Virus record (IMG/VR): IMGVR_UViG_3300028361_000020
Location: 64,001 to 101,322 of that record
Length of the DNA stretch: 37,322 bases
Strand: one strand, 5' to 3'
Origin: a virus
Lineage: Duplodnaviria > Heunggongvirae > Uroviricota > Caudoviricetes
The translations under genes and the position numbers were made by a program. How positions within the stretch are numbered: position 1 is the first letter of the stretch; every line of letters starts with the position of its first letter. Shown piece by piece: positions 15,490 through 23,847 of this stretch. Below the pieces are notes generated by a model. It had not been told where the DNA came from. It worked only from the letters and a program-made list of their open reading frames with translations, and searched no databases.

Positions 15490-15939
15490 TTACTTATTAT
15501 CTTGAAAAAATGCAGAGTTTCGTAACTGTTGTAAAAGTGCTTCGAGTGCAGATATTGCAGAAGCTTCTCTGGTTGCATCTGTATTATTGATGGCGTTGTC
15601 CAAATCAAGAGCAGTAGCCGCTTTTACCAAAGACCCATGTAGCAATGCAGAATTTATTATACCATACGGTTGAGAGACTCTCAAACCAGTGCCGTGATTT
15701 TCGTCTCCGTTATCAACACTGTCAGGGTCAGAAAGATACCTAAGTCGTTCAACGTCGTCTTTTATTTGTACAAGATAGCTGTTGTGTAAATCAAATGCAT
15801 CAGCTAGTCGAGTAAGTTTAGCTGAATAATCAATTGCAATAGAACTGCTTTGCAGTGCTGCATCTTCGCCGATTACTACTACTAGCTCTTCGGATGAATT
15901 ATCGTTAGTAATTATTTGTGTTGTTAATACAGTTGCCAT
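15490..15939 (-). CDS. hypothetical protein, 149 aa
   Basis: ORF abutting the upstream stop. Confidence 0.7.
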   Translation of the reverse strand: MATVLTTQIITNDNSSEELVVVIGEDAALQSSSIAIDYSAKLTRLADAFDLHNSYLVQIKDDVERLRYLSDPDSVDNGDENHGTGLRVSQPYGIINSALLHGSLVKAATALDLDNAINNTDATREASAISALEALLQQLRNSAFFQDNK

Positions 15940-16230
15940 TTATATCGCCGCCAGCGAACTAGTGCTTCCGATGTAAGTTTTGGCTGTGTCGGGGTCTGTT
16001 TTGACACAAAACACAACAGTAGCTCGATTAATTGGTATCTTTGTTTCGGGACTGACTGTGAATGCAAATGGTCCAAGGCCCATGCCGTTTTCAGTTGCCA
16101 TCAATGCTTGCGGCTTGGCAACAATGTACTGTGTCTCGCTTACCTCTAATAAGCGAGCAATAATTTCGTCGCCTGTGGTCATCTTAATAGTAACAATATC
16201 GCCCGAAGATACTGGGATTTCAATAATCAT
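15940..16230 (-). CDS. Sm/LSm-like small beta-barrel protein
   Basis: GDIVTIKMTTGDEIIARL Sm1-like pattern. Confidence 0.65.
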   Translation of the reverse strand: MIIEIPVSSGDIVTIKMTTGDEIIARLLEVSETQYIVAKPQALMATENGMGLGPFAFTVSPETKIPINRATVVFCVKTDPDTAKTYIGSTSSLAAI

Positions 16231-16256
16231 TTATATTTCCTTTATAATTTATGTTG

Positions 16257-16514
16257 TTAAAGTTCGCAATCGCCTGTCCACATATTGTGGTCGTCAAAAT
16301 ACCTACATAGGTTGTCGTGGCCGCCTACGTACTTTCCGTAAAGCCATATTTGTGGCACTGTTTTTGCAGTAGGAGCAGCTTCTAATAGCTGCTCCTTATT
16401 CCATACATTGCTAGAAAGATTTCTCTCTTCGAACTCGATGCCTTTGCTTGTCAGCATAGATTTTGCTTTAACGCAAAAATCACAACTGTCTTTGGTCCAT
16501 ATAACAGTGTTCAC
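16257..16514 (-). CDS. grx: glutaredoxin
   Basis: CDFC active site, TVPQI, YVGG; coupled to nrdB. Confidence 0.92.
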   Translation of the reverse strand: MNTVIWTKDSCDFCVKAKSMLTSKGIEFEERNLSSNVWNKEQLLEAAPTAKTVPQIWLYGKYVGGHDNLCRYFDDHNMWTGDCEL

Positions 16515-17641
16515 AAGCTCAGGCCTTTGAAAGTGTCACCGTCAACATCGCGCTTGGTGCCGCCGTTGACATAACTGGTAATTTGTGTTTCTTGTGGAGC
16601 CACTTGTACGTCTGCCCCACTGATCCACTTTTGTGTCCACGGTAATGGATTATCTCTCGGGGTTTTGTATGGACACGGCAAATATACGTTTTGCATACGC
16701 TTGGCACAAATCCACTCAATATAGTTGTCCAGCAGCTCTCTATTGATACCCAGCATTGATCCATCCTTGAACAGATAATCGGCCCATGCTTTTTCTTGAT
16801 CAACTGCATCAACAAACATTTGCACACATTCGTCTTCTGTTTCTTCTGCAATTTTTGCAAAGTCTGGATCGTCTTTCTTAAGGATTTTCAGCAACATCTG
16901 GGTCGAGGCAAGGTGCAAGTTTTCATCACGTGCAATAAGCTTGATGATTTGGGCATTGCCGTCCATCTTCTTGATTTCAGCAAATGCCCAGCTGCATGCA
17001 AAGCTAACGTAAAATCTTACGCCTTCGAGGATGTTCACACTCATTAGTGTTAGCCACAACAGCTTCTTAAGTTCGTACAAGTCCACAACAACTTTTTTGC
17101 CGTTGACTGTATGCGTGCCCACGCCTAGAAGATTGTAATACGAAGACATTTCAATCAAATTATCATAATACTTGGAGATGTCTTCTGCGCATTCGACAAT
17201 CTCTTTGATGTCCAGCAACTCGTCAAAGATCTTACTAGGATTTGTGTAGATATTGCGTATGATGTGCGTGTAGCTGCGGCTGTGAATTGTTTCAGAGAAC
17301 GTCCATGTGGTGATCCAGTTTTCAATCTCCGGCAAGCTTACAATTGGGCTAAATGCTTCCATAGGTGCGCGCCCTTGCACACTGTCCAAAAGAATTTGGC
17401 GCTTGAGATTGCTAGTAAAGATGTGCTGTTCGTGGTCAGTTAAATCTTTGAAGTCTTTTGAATCTTGTGTGACATCAATTTCTTCTGGTCTCCAAAAGAA
17501 TCCAAGCTGTTTTTCAGTTAACTGCTCAAATTGTTTGTATTTTAGTGTGTCGTATCGTTGTATAGTTGGGCCACCACTTGGGTCTAAAAATGCTGTTACT
17601 TTAGTGTGGTCGACTTTGTTGTTTATGTCAAAAACGCTCAT
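16511..17641 (-). CDS. nrdB: class Ia ribonucleotide reductase beta subunit, 376 aa
   Basis: FFWRPEE, DSVQGR, ETIHSRSY, EGVRFY.SF, DENLH; start re-called to ATG 17641 with GAGG Shine-Dalgarno. Confidence 0.97.
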   Translation of the reverse strand: MSVFDINNKVDHTKVTAFLDPSGGPTIQRYDTLKYKQFEQLTEKQLGFFWRPEEIDVTQDSKDFKDLTDHEQHIFTSNLKRQILLDSVQGRAPMEAFSPIVSLPEIENWITTWTFSETIHSRSYTHIIRNIYTNPSKIFDELLDIKEIVECAEDISKYYDNLIEMSSYYNLLGVGTHTVNGKKVVVDLYELKKLLWLTLMSVNILEGVRFYVSFACSWAFAEIKKMDGNAQIIKLIARDENLHLASTQMLLKILKKDDPDFAKIAEETEDECVQMFVDAVDQEKAWADYLFKDGSMLGINRELLDNYIEWICAKRMQNVYLPCPYKTPRDNPLPWTQKWISGADVQVAPQETQITSYVNGGTKRDVDGDTFKGLSL

Positions 17642-17665
17642 TGAATATCCTCTGTTGTATCTACG

Positions 17666-17694
17666 AGTGTAACACGCCCCGTTGGGCGTGTCAA
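17666..17694 (-). promoter_or_regulatory. nrdB sigma70-type promoter TTGACA-17-TACACT with an 8-bp inverted repeat filling the spacer
   Basis: ACACGCCC-4-GGGCGTGT at 17672..17691. Confidence 0.7.
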
Positions 17695-17711
17695 TGGTTA
17701 TATAGTGTGGA

Positions 17712-18263
17712 TCAAAGCTTGCAGGATTCGCAATCTGAGTCGTCATCTGCATCAACTTGCTCGAGTTCTGGCAAGTCTTCTTCACCTAGCATCTTGTTAA
17801 CGTCAAGTTCTCCTTGACCATCGTTTGTTTGGAAATAATAAAGCTGCTTGCCGCCATATTTGTAGAACATCACCATGTGTTGCAGCATTACACTCATTGG
17901 AATCTTTTCATCTTCGTAAAACTCAGGATTGTAGCTGGTGTTAACACTGATGCCTTGGTCTATGTACTTTTGTAGCACAGACATAATTTTTAGATATCCT
18001 TCGGGCGACTTTTGTGTCCAGAGCAGATCGTACTTGTTTTTAAGGCGCTTGTATTCCGGTACTACTTGCTTTAGTACTCCGTGCTTGCTTTGCTTTACAC
18101 TAATAAATGCACGCGGCGGCTCGATGCCATTTGTTGCATTTGCAATTTGCGCACTAGTGTTATGACTAATGCATCCATTTGACAAGGTATAAGTTTCGTT
18201 GTCAGTTGAAACATCCCAAGTGTGTTCTGTTCCTGCGTCTCTTGTAATACGTTTAATTTTCAT
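17712..18263 (-). CDS. nrdA: NrdA fragment 4: 35-aa split-intein C-half + C-terminal NrdA extein (148 aa)
   Basis: ...TWDVST.NETYTLSNGCISHN | TSAQIANATNGIEPPR...KQLYY...CESCKL; start re-called to ATG 18263. Confidence 0.95.
   Translation of the reverse strand: MKIKRITRDAGTEHTWDVSTDNETYTLSNGCISHNTSAQIANATNGIEPPRAFISVKQSKHGVLKQVVPEYKRLKNKYDLLWTQKSPEGYLKIMSVLQKYIDQGISVNTSYNPEFYEDEKIPMSVMLQHMVMFYKYGGKQLYYFQTNDGQGELDVNKMLGEEDLPELEQVDADDDSDCESCKL
18159..18263 (-). mobile_element. split intein B, C-terminal half (IntC, Thr at +1)
   Basis: Block F (TWDVST) and block G (SHN). Confidence 0.88.
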
Positions 18264-18412
18264 TTTAATAATTCCTCTTTTGTAATTGAACATTTTCCTT
18301 GTTTTGACACGTTATCTTCCCAGGGAATAAATTCTAAATTTTGCAAGCTTCCTAATAGCGCAGGATTAATTCCTTCAATAAATCCTCGAGATATTGAAAA
18401 TTTATGATCTAG
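18260..18412 (-). pseudogene. C-terminal relic of an HNH-type homing endonuclease (50 codons)
   Basis: LDHKFSISRGF.EGI.P..LG.L.NL..IPW..N.SK..KC; its TGA overlaps the IntC ATG; no start codon. Confidence 0.75.
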
Positions 18413-19366
18413 TCATTTATCATTAACGCTAACAATATCGTCATCTTCTAATAAATCTTTAACTTCAATCCATTCTTTTATGTTATTTCGTAATACAAGA
18501 AGTTTGTGATTATTAGTAAATTTATATACTGATCCGTCTTCTAATTCAATTTCTGTAACAGATTGAGGGCCATTATAATAACATTCATATGCTATACTAT
18601 CTGACAATTCAACTGGTTTAAGGAATGGAAATCTCTGACCTATCATGAATTTTTCGTGAACAGTGTTAATATCAATTTTTCCGTAATCTTGAATAACTTC
18701 GGCGAGCGTTACAACTGTTCCATCTTTTAGCCTCATTTCATTTGCCAAGCTTTGACATTCGGCGGGCATAAGGGCCATTAGTGTAGAGTTTCTTATGCCC
18801 GTGTCTTTAAGCTGCGTTCTCAGTCCTTGCCAGTCCATACGTTCAACATGTGGAATTAGTTGATCCAAATCTTTCTTGTATGTCTGGTTAGGGGTAATAC
18901 CGTGTCCGTACTTAGTTTCCATGTTTCCGGTAGGCGCGCCAAATTCTGTTGCTAGGTCTGCGCTGGCTTTGATGAGATAGAAACTCCAGGCTTCTGCCCA
19001 TTCGTCAATTAATGCAAGTCCGTCGCTGTCAATGTCTTGGTAATTGAGATTGTTTTTAGCAAGCCAATATGCAAAGTTGATAATACCAACTCCAAGTGGT
19101 CGACGCTTGTCGGTTGATAGTTGTGCAGCTAGAATTGGATAATGTTGATAGCTTAGTAGTGCGTCCAGTCCACGTACTGCAAGGCGACAAACTCTTTCAA
19201 AATCAGCAGGAGTCTTAATATTGCCCCAATTAATTGCTGAGAGCGTACACAAGCTGATAGCAGCACCGTCATAGTCTTCTACCATTTCGTCTACATATAT
19301 GTATTCTTCATCTTCTCGAATATTGTTTTCGTTTTCTACTACTTCATATAACCAATTATTTTCCAT
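18413..19366 (-). CDS. nrdA: NrdA fragment 3: acidic 33-aa leader + NrdA extein (~170 aa) + 114-aa split-intein N-half
   Basis: ISLCTLSAINWG...RRPLGVGIINFAY...RNSTLMALMPAE | CQSL...FTNNH; AAGGA Shine-Dalgarno. Confidence 0.95.
   Translation of the reverse strand: MENNWLYEVVENENNIREDEEYIYVDEMVEDYDGAAISLCTLSAINWGNIKTPADFERVCRLAVRGLDALLSYQHYPILAAQLSTDKRRPLGVGIINFAYWLAKNNLNYQDIDSDGLALIDEWAEAWSFYLIKASADLATEFGAPTGNMETKYGHGITPNQTYKKDLDQLIPHVERMDWQGLRTQLKDTGIRNSTLMALMPAECQSLANEMRLKDGTVVTLAEVIQDYGKIDINTVHEKFMIGQRFPFLKPVELSDSIAYECYYNGPQSVTEIELEDGSVYKFTNNHKLLVLRNNIKEWIEVKDLLEDDDIVSVNDK
18416..18757 (-). mobile_element. split intein B, N-terminal half (IntN)
   Basis: Cys1 after MPAE, block B TNNH, WIEVKDLLEDDDI end motif. 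Confidence 0.85.
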
Positions 19367-19655
19367 TGTTATTCCTTGCTACCTTATGTACTTTTTTGCC
19401 ATTAAATTTCTCTTTGTCTAATCGTAAAATGCCATCTACTGACTTTTTATATTCTAAATATTCATTATATTTGTTTTTGGGAATTCTTATTTTACGTCGG
19501 TGAGCGCCGTCATTGAGATCTTTCAGCGGCTTGGTGGGTAAAGTAATTTCGGCACAATTGTGTACTAGTATTCCGTTTGCAAAGAAATTTTCATTGCCCA
19601 ACACTGTGATATCGTACACTGCTTCTCTTTTATTTTGTCTTGTAATTTTTAGCAT
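19356..19655 (-). CDS. nrdA: NrdA fragment 2: 33-aa split-intein C-half + 16-aa catalytic extein CAEITLPTKPLKDLND + basic 50-aa tail
   Basis: VYDITV.GNENFFANGILVHN | CAEITLPTKPL matches the E. coli C439-x-E441 segment. Confidence 0.93.
   Translation of the reverse strand: MLKITRQNKREAVYDITVLGNENFFANGILVHNCAEITLPTKPLKDLNDGAHRRKIRIPKNKYNEYLEYKKSVDGILRLDKEKFNGKKVHKVARNNNGK
19557..19655 (-). mobile_element. split intein A, C-terminal half (IntC, Cys at +1)
   Basis: Blocks F/G: VYDITV, NFFANGILVHN. Confidence 0.93.
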
Positions 19656-19719
19656 TTATTTTTTTTCCTTGAGTATATTGGAGATTTTTTGTTTATATTC
19701 GATACGGAGATTAATTTAG

Positions 19720-21783
19720 TTACGATATTAAAAGTCTGTCAGTTTCCGTTAATTCTTGCGCTTCTACATACCCTCGGTTCAATGTATAAATTTTATGCTC
19801 AGGTGTGCATTCTATAGTCTTTCCGGAATCTTCGTCAAAGATACTAATAACTTCTGCATCCGGGTTGGTCTTTGCAAATGCTTCAACCTTTTTATACTCT
19901 GTTTTATTATCAAGTATATTGTAAGATTTAACTAACAGATCTTCGTCCTGAACCATTAACGTTCCGATTTCGTCGAGATTAATAATTAATTTTTCATTAT
20001 TGAATATTACTTCAATCTTAGTGTCGCCTGTTAGACATAAGTTACTCTGGCGGATAGGAGCAAACTCCGGAATAAAACTTCCATGGTCGTTTGCATTGTC
20101 AACATTCTGCAGATAGATTCTACCTGTGGACTTGCGCTCTTCCATAAACTTACTGAATAGTTCGCTTGCTTTAACAGTTTTCTTGCGTAGTTTTGTAGTG
20201 CGTTCTGCTTTTTCATATAGTTCGCGGAACTTGTCTTGGTCTGCAAAAAATGCTTCATACAACCCGGGTACGTCGCTGGGTGAGAATAGTGTTATGTTGC
20301 CGCCTGTGATTAATCTTTCGTACATCAGCTTGTTGAACTGTACTCCGTAGTCCATGTGACGGATACGGTTTTCTTCAGTTCCTTTGTTGTTTTTCAACAC
20401 CAGCAATTCTTCTGCTTCTAGATGCCATATTGGATAATAGATAGTAGCGGCGCCGCCGCGTACACCACCTTGACTGTTGTGAGTTAACACCATTGAGTCA
20501 GACATCAACGAACTTGCAAAAAACGTATTGGTGTCTTCCACTGTAATGTCAACGTATCCTGTTGGATTTTGTTGACCGACTGTAATCGAATATAGATATA
20601 CAGTGCCATTTTCTGAAATAATATTGTTGTATTCTGTAAGTTCCTGAGGATACTTTTGTGTTACGACATTGTTGTCTAGAATCATAATTGGATGATTTAT
20701 ACTACAATTTATCACTGTTCCGTTTGTAAATTCCAGCCTAACCTGCTGATCTTCTGTTACCAGCGTATCCCATTTGTTAATAACTTTTCGGTATACAATC
20801 TTGCCGTCTTCGTAGGATTTAATTTTCATTCCAGTAGTAAGATCTGCAATGCGGATTTTTTTTGTTTCTAGCCCGTCTTCGTTAATTATTTCAACAATTG
20901 TATCCGGAGTTAGACAACAACTTTTAACTGCTGACTGGAAATGCTTGTAGAATGGAATGATACCAGTGTGATATGCATCGCCTTTGCGTATTGGCGAGTT
21001 AATGGCGCGGATGTTCCCTGCGCCAATGCCGATGCCTGCTTTTTGACTCACATACTTGACAATCGACGCAGAAGTAGCGCTGATGCTGTCAAGGCTGTCA
21101 TCTGTTTCAATAAGCACACAACTACTGAATTGACGTTGTGGTGTGCGCACACCTGCCATAACTGGCGTAGGAAGACTGATGTCGTGGAGGCTGATTGCGT
21201 CGTAGTATTCTTTAATCCACGTTAATCGAGTTTCTTTTGGATACGACGAGAACAAGGTAGCAGCAATCAATGCATAACACATTTGTGGGGTTTCAAAGAT
21301 TTCTCCAGTGACTCTGTTCTGCACCAAGTACTTGCCTCTAAGCTGCTCCATTGCGACATAAGTTAACTGTTCGTCACGGTCGTGTTTGATAAAACTGTCT
21401 ATTTTATCCCATTCGTCGTTGGTGTAAGTATCTTTTAATTCTGGATCATAGTAGCCGCGGGCGGTGTTCAAGTCCACCAATTTCTTAATATGAAAAGGAT
21501 CAAACCCGCCGTATACTTCTTTTCGCAACCCGTAGTTGATGAGTCTTCCTCCAACATATTGATAGTTTGGCGTTTCTTCTGTGATCAGATCTGCTGCTGC
21601 TTTGATCAATGTTTCTTGTATTTCTTTGCTTTTGATGCCATTGAAAAACTCCAGCTTGCTTTTAATTTCAACTTCGCTTGGACTAACTCCTGTTATGCCT
21701 TCGCATGCGTAAAATGCAACTTTGTGCAACTTTTCGATGTCCAGTGGCTCCAACGAACCACTCCTCTTAGTGACTTGAATCAT
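19720..21783 (-). CDS. nrdA: NrdA fragment 1 (687 aa): ATP-cone + N-terminal catalytic part, with a cis mini-intein and a C-terminal split-intein N-half
   Basis: VTKRSG ATP cone, QFSSCVLI, SQKAGIGI, KSC|SQGGVRGGAAT, IRQSNL|C; start re-called to ATG 21783. Confidence 0.97.
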   Translation of the reverse strand: MIQVTKRSGSLEPLDIEKLHKVAFYACEGITGVSPSEVEIKSKLEFFNGIKSKEIQETLIKAAADLITEETPNYQYVGGRLINYGLRKEVYGGFDPFHIKKLVDLNTARGYYDPELKDTYTNDEWDKIDSFIKHDRDEQLTYVAMEQLRGKYLVQNRVTGEIFETPQMCYALIAATLFSSYPKETRLTWIKEYYDAISLHDISLPTPVMAGVRTPQRQFSSCVLIETDDSLDSISATSASIVKYVSQKAGIGIGAGNIRAINSPIRKGDAYHTGIIPFYKHFQSAVKSCCLTPDTIVEIINEDGLETKKIRIADLTTGMKIKSYEDGKIVYRKVINKWDTLVTEDQQVRLEFTNGTVINCSINHPIMILDNNVVTQKYPQELTEYNNIISENGTVYLYSITVGQQNPTGYVDITVEDTNTFFASSLMSDSMVLTHNSQGGVRGGAATIYYPIWHLEAEELLVLKNNKGTEENRIRHMDYGVQFNKLMYERLITGGNITLFSPSDVPGLYEAFFADQDKFRELYEKAERTTKLRKKTVKASELFSKFMEERKSTGRIYLQNVDNANDHGSFIPEFAPIRQSNLCLTGDTKIEVIFNNEKLIINLDEIGTLMVQDEDLLVKSYNILDNKTEYKKVEAFAKTNPDAEVISIFDEDSGKTIECTPEHKIYTLNRGYVEAQELTETDRLLIS
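19723..20037 (-). mobile_element. split intein A, N-terminal half (IntN, 105 aa)
   Basis: CLTGDT block A, CTPEHKIYTLNRGYV block B, typical of phage NrdA/NrdJ split inteins. Confidence 0.95.
20476..20916 (-). mobile_element. cis mini-intein, 147 aa, no endonuclease, inserted at KSC|SQGG
   Basis: CLTPDT block A, CSINH block B, YVDITV block F, LTHN + Ser(+1). Confidence 0.93.
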
Positions 21784-21829
21784 TCTTTTTCCTTTAAATG
21801 TGTACGGTAACTGTAAAACAGCTAGGTAT

Positions 21830-22255
21830 TTATTGTAGTTTTTGTGGAGTAAATTGTTTTTCAACTGTGATATGCACAGGTATTTGTTGTCTGTCTACTG
21901 CACAATCTGCATGGTAACCAATTACCATGTCGTCAACATACAGTAGATATTTTATCTCCGACTTTGCTCTATCTGCACAGATATATATCTCAAAAACTGA
22001 TTCCGAAAAGCGATTAGTTAACTGCAAAGTGTAGCATATTCCCAGAATAATGGAAAACTCGCAGTATACATTTTCGTAAACCAGTTCCCATGCGTTTGGC
22101 CATAACTTGTCGGCATACGGATCACAAGATATGCCGACCAGCGGTGCAGTATTGTAGAAGTCAACGGCGTCCTGAATAGGATACGCCGATGTCTCCAGCG
22201 TACTTCTAAAAGCTGACCATTCACGAAGACGGTCAACGTAATCTTTTTCAAACAT
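21830..22255 (-). CDS. hypothetical phage protein, 141 aa
   Basis: ORF coupled to the upstream stop. Confidence 0.75.
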   Translation of the reverse strand: MFEKDYVDRLREWSAFRSTLETSAYPIQDAVDFYNTAPLVGISCDPYADKLWPNAWELVYENVYCEFSIILGICYTLQLTNRFSESVFEIYICADRAKSEIKYLLYVDDMVIGYHADCAVDRQQIPVHITVEKQFTPQKLQ

Positions 22256-23847
22256 TAATTAGCTTTAACTCTTAAATTGTAAAGGAAACTGTCTGTGTCC
22301 ACAGTCCTGGTGTTCTTGGCCAATAGGTTAACTGTGACTATTGTGTTGTCAACAGTATACCCAGCATCAAAACTCAATGCATTCACTAACAATTCATCCC
22401 CAATGAAGTTGAATTCGTCGTTTATCATAATCTCTGGTGTATCTGCATCAGCAGCACATACAATTTCAATCGTGCCTTCTCTTAACACATTTACGGTGCT
22501 TCCGGTGCGTTCGGTGTAAACATAATCTATAAACATAGTGCCCTCAACAACTGGGAACTGTAATATTTCAGTATCGGTTGGCAAAGTTCCGATGCTGGTT
22601 GTGTTCAAGTAAGCCCCTTTGAAGAAGACTCTACCAGATACCTCTGGCACGTATGAAACACCAGTGTTGGTTGACAAGGCATCGGATCTTTCAAAATAAT
22701 CTCCATCCTCTACATTTGTATGAGAAGAGAAGTCAATGATTGCCACAGCATCTAGTCCTTCGGGTCCGCCAAAGTTGCCAACATTAAAGAACCTGTTTTG
22801 TCTGCTTGTATTGTAATCTCCGTAATCAAGACGTATTGCTTCCTTGTCAATTCTGTCAAAGTAAGAATTTTCAATGGTATTAAACTTTGGCCCAAACTTC
22901 ATAGCAATGGCACCAATGTTGGTATTCTTACCAAATCTAAATGCATTGCTTAATAGATAAAAACTACACAACGAAAAACTGTTGTGCATTGTGTCATAAT
23001 CACTGTACACTCCATAATAGAAACTGTCAATCTCTATATTATCAAATACATTGTTTTGACAAATGACTGTGTTATTTGAAGAATTCAACTCAATTGCACT
23101 GTGAGCGCCATAGATTGATTCAGCAGTGAGGAAGTTTTTGTTTTCAGGAAACACGCCGTTAATGCGTATATTTTTAAATACACTGTGTTTTACAGAATTT
23201 AGTACCATTGCTTTATGATCAACAGAGTTGACTACTAAACTCATTTCGGATATTTCAATGTATCTTGCTTGAGTATTTGAAGTAGGCGACGGTGCATTTG
23301 GATCAGATGGGTCGTAGTGCGTTGTTGTAAATAGATCACAATTATCTGCTAGTATCACGGTCTTGCCTTTGCCTGCGCCTCGGAGTGTGGTATACGGAGG
23401 AATTACAAGAGGTGAAGTAATGGTATAGTTGCCAGCAGGTATCCAAAGTATAACCCTGTTGGATACAGCAGCATTCTTATAAAGCTTATCAATTGCACTT
23501 TGAATGGCAGTTGTTTGATCTGTGCCGTCACCAGTTGCACCGAAATCAAAAATATTTGCCTTGTCATCTAGCTTGCTTTGTAGGCTTCTTGCAAATGGCA
23601 TACCATTCCAAAAATTACTCTGCGGCTTGTAAGTGTATTGCTCTGCTAGTTTAAATATGTCGGTACTTGCGGTAAGTATCCGTGTATTGCCAACAGCCGG
23701 AGCACCTTCGCTAACACTACCATTACCGATATATAGTTCTTGTGTATCGATTGCCCACCCAATTTCACCTGACGCAAGTTGTGGCAATGCTATACCCTCT
23801 GCTCTTCCGCGTCTGTGCTGAATCTTTGAGATCTGAATTATTGCCAT
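22255..23847 (-). CDS. virion/tailspike-like protein with a pectate-lyase-superfamily beta-helix
   Basis: DFGATGDG.DQT.AIQ.AI, IPAG.Y, TL.GAG; GEIGWAIDT.ELYIG N-terminal motif; AGGAG Shine-Dalgarno; upstream TAAATA at 23873..23878. Confidence 0.85.
   Translation of the reverse strand: MAIIQISKIQHRRGRAEGIALPQLASGEIGWAIDTQELYIGNGSVSEGAPAVGNTRILTASTDIFKLAEQYTYKPQSNFWNGMPFARSLQSKLDDKANIFDFGATGDGTDQTTAIQSAIDKLYKNAAVSNRVILWIPAGNYTITSPLVIPPYTTLRGAGKGKTVILADNCDLFTTTHYDPSDPNAPSPTSNTQARYIEISEMSLVVNSVDHKAMVLNSVKHSVFKNIRINGVFPENKNFLTAESIYGAHSAIELNSSNNTVICQNNVFDNIEIDSFYYGVYSDYDTMHNSFSLCSFYLLSNAFRFGKNTNIGAIAMKFGPKFNTIENSYFDRIDKEAIRLDYGDYNTSRQNRFFNVGNFGGPEGLDAVAIIDFSSHTNVEDGDYFERSDALSTNTGVSYVPEVSGRVFFKGAYLNTTSIGTLPTDTEILQFPVVEGTMFIDYVYTERTGSTVNVLREGTIEIVCAADADTPEIMINDEFNFIGDELLVNALSFDAGYTVDNTIVTVNLLAKNTRTVDTDSFLYNLRVKAN

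Noticed and set aside
17695-17710. NrdR box upstream of nrdB
   Set aside because: Only one half-site (TATATAGTGT) matches; no palindromic partner or tandem box.
17642-17785. 48-aa N-terminal extension of NrdB given by the ORF track
   Set aside because: It overlaps nrdA fragment 4 and the nrdB promoter; ATG 17641 has a proper SD and gives a normal length.
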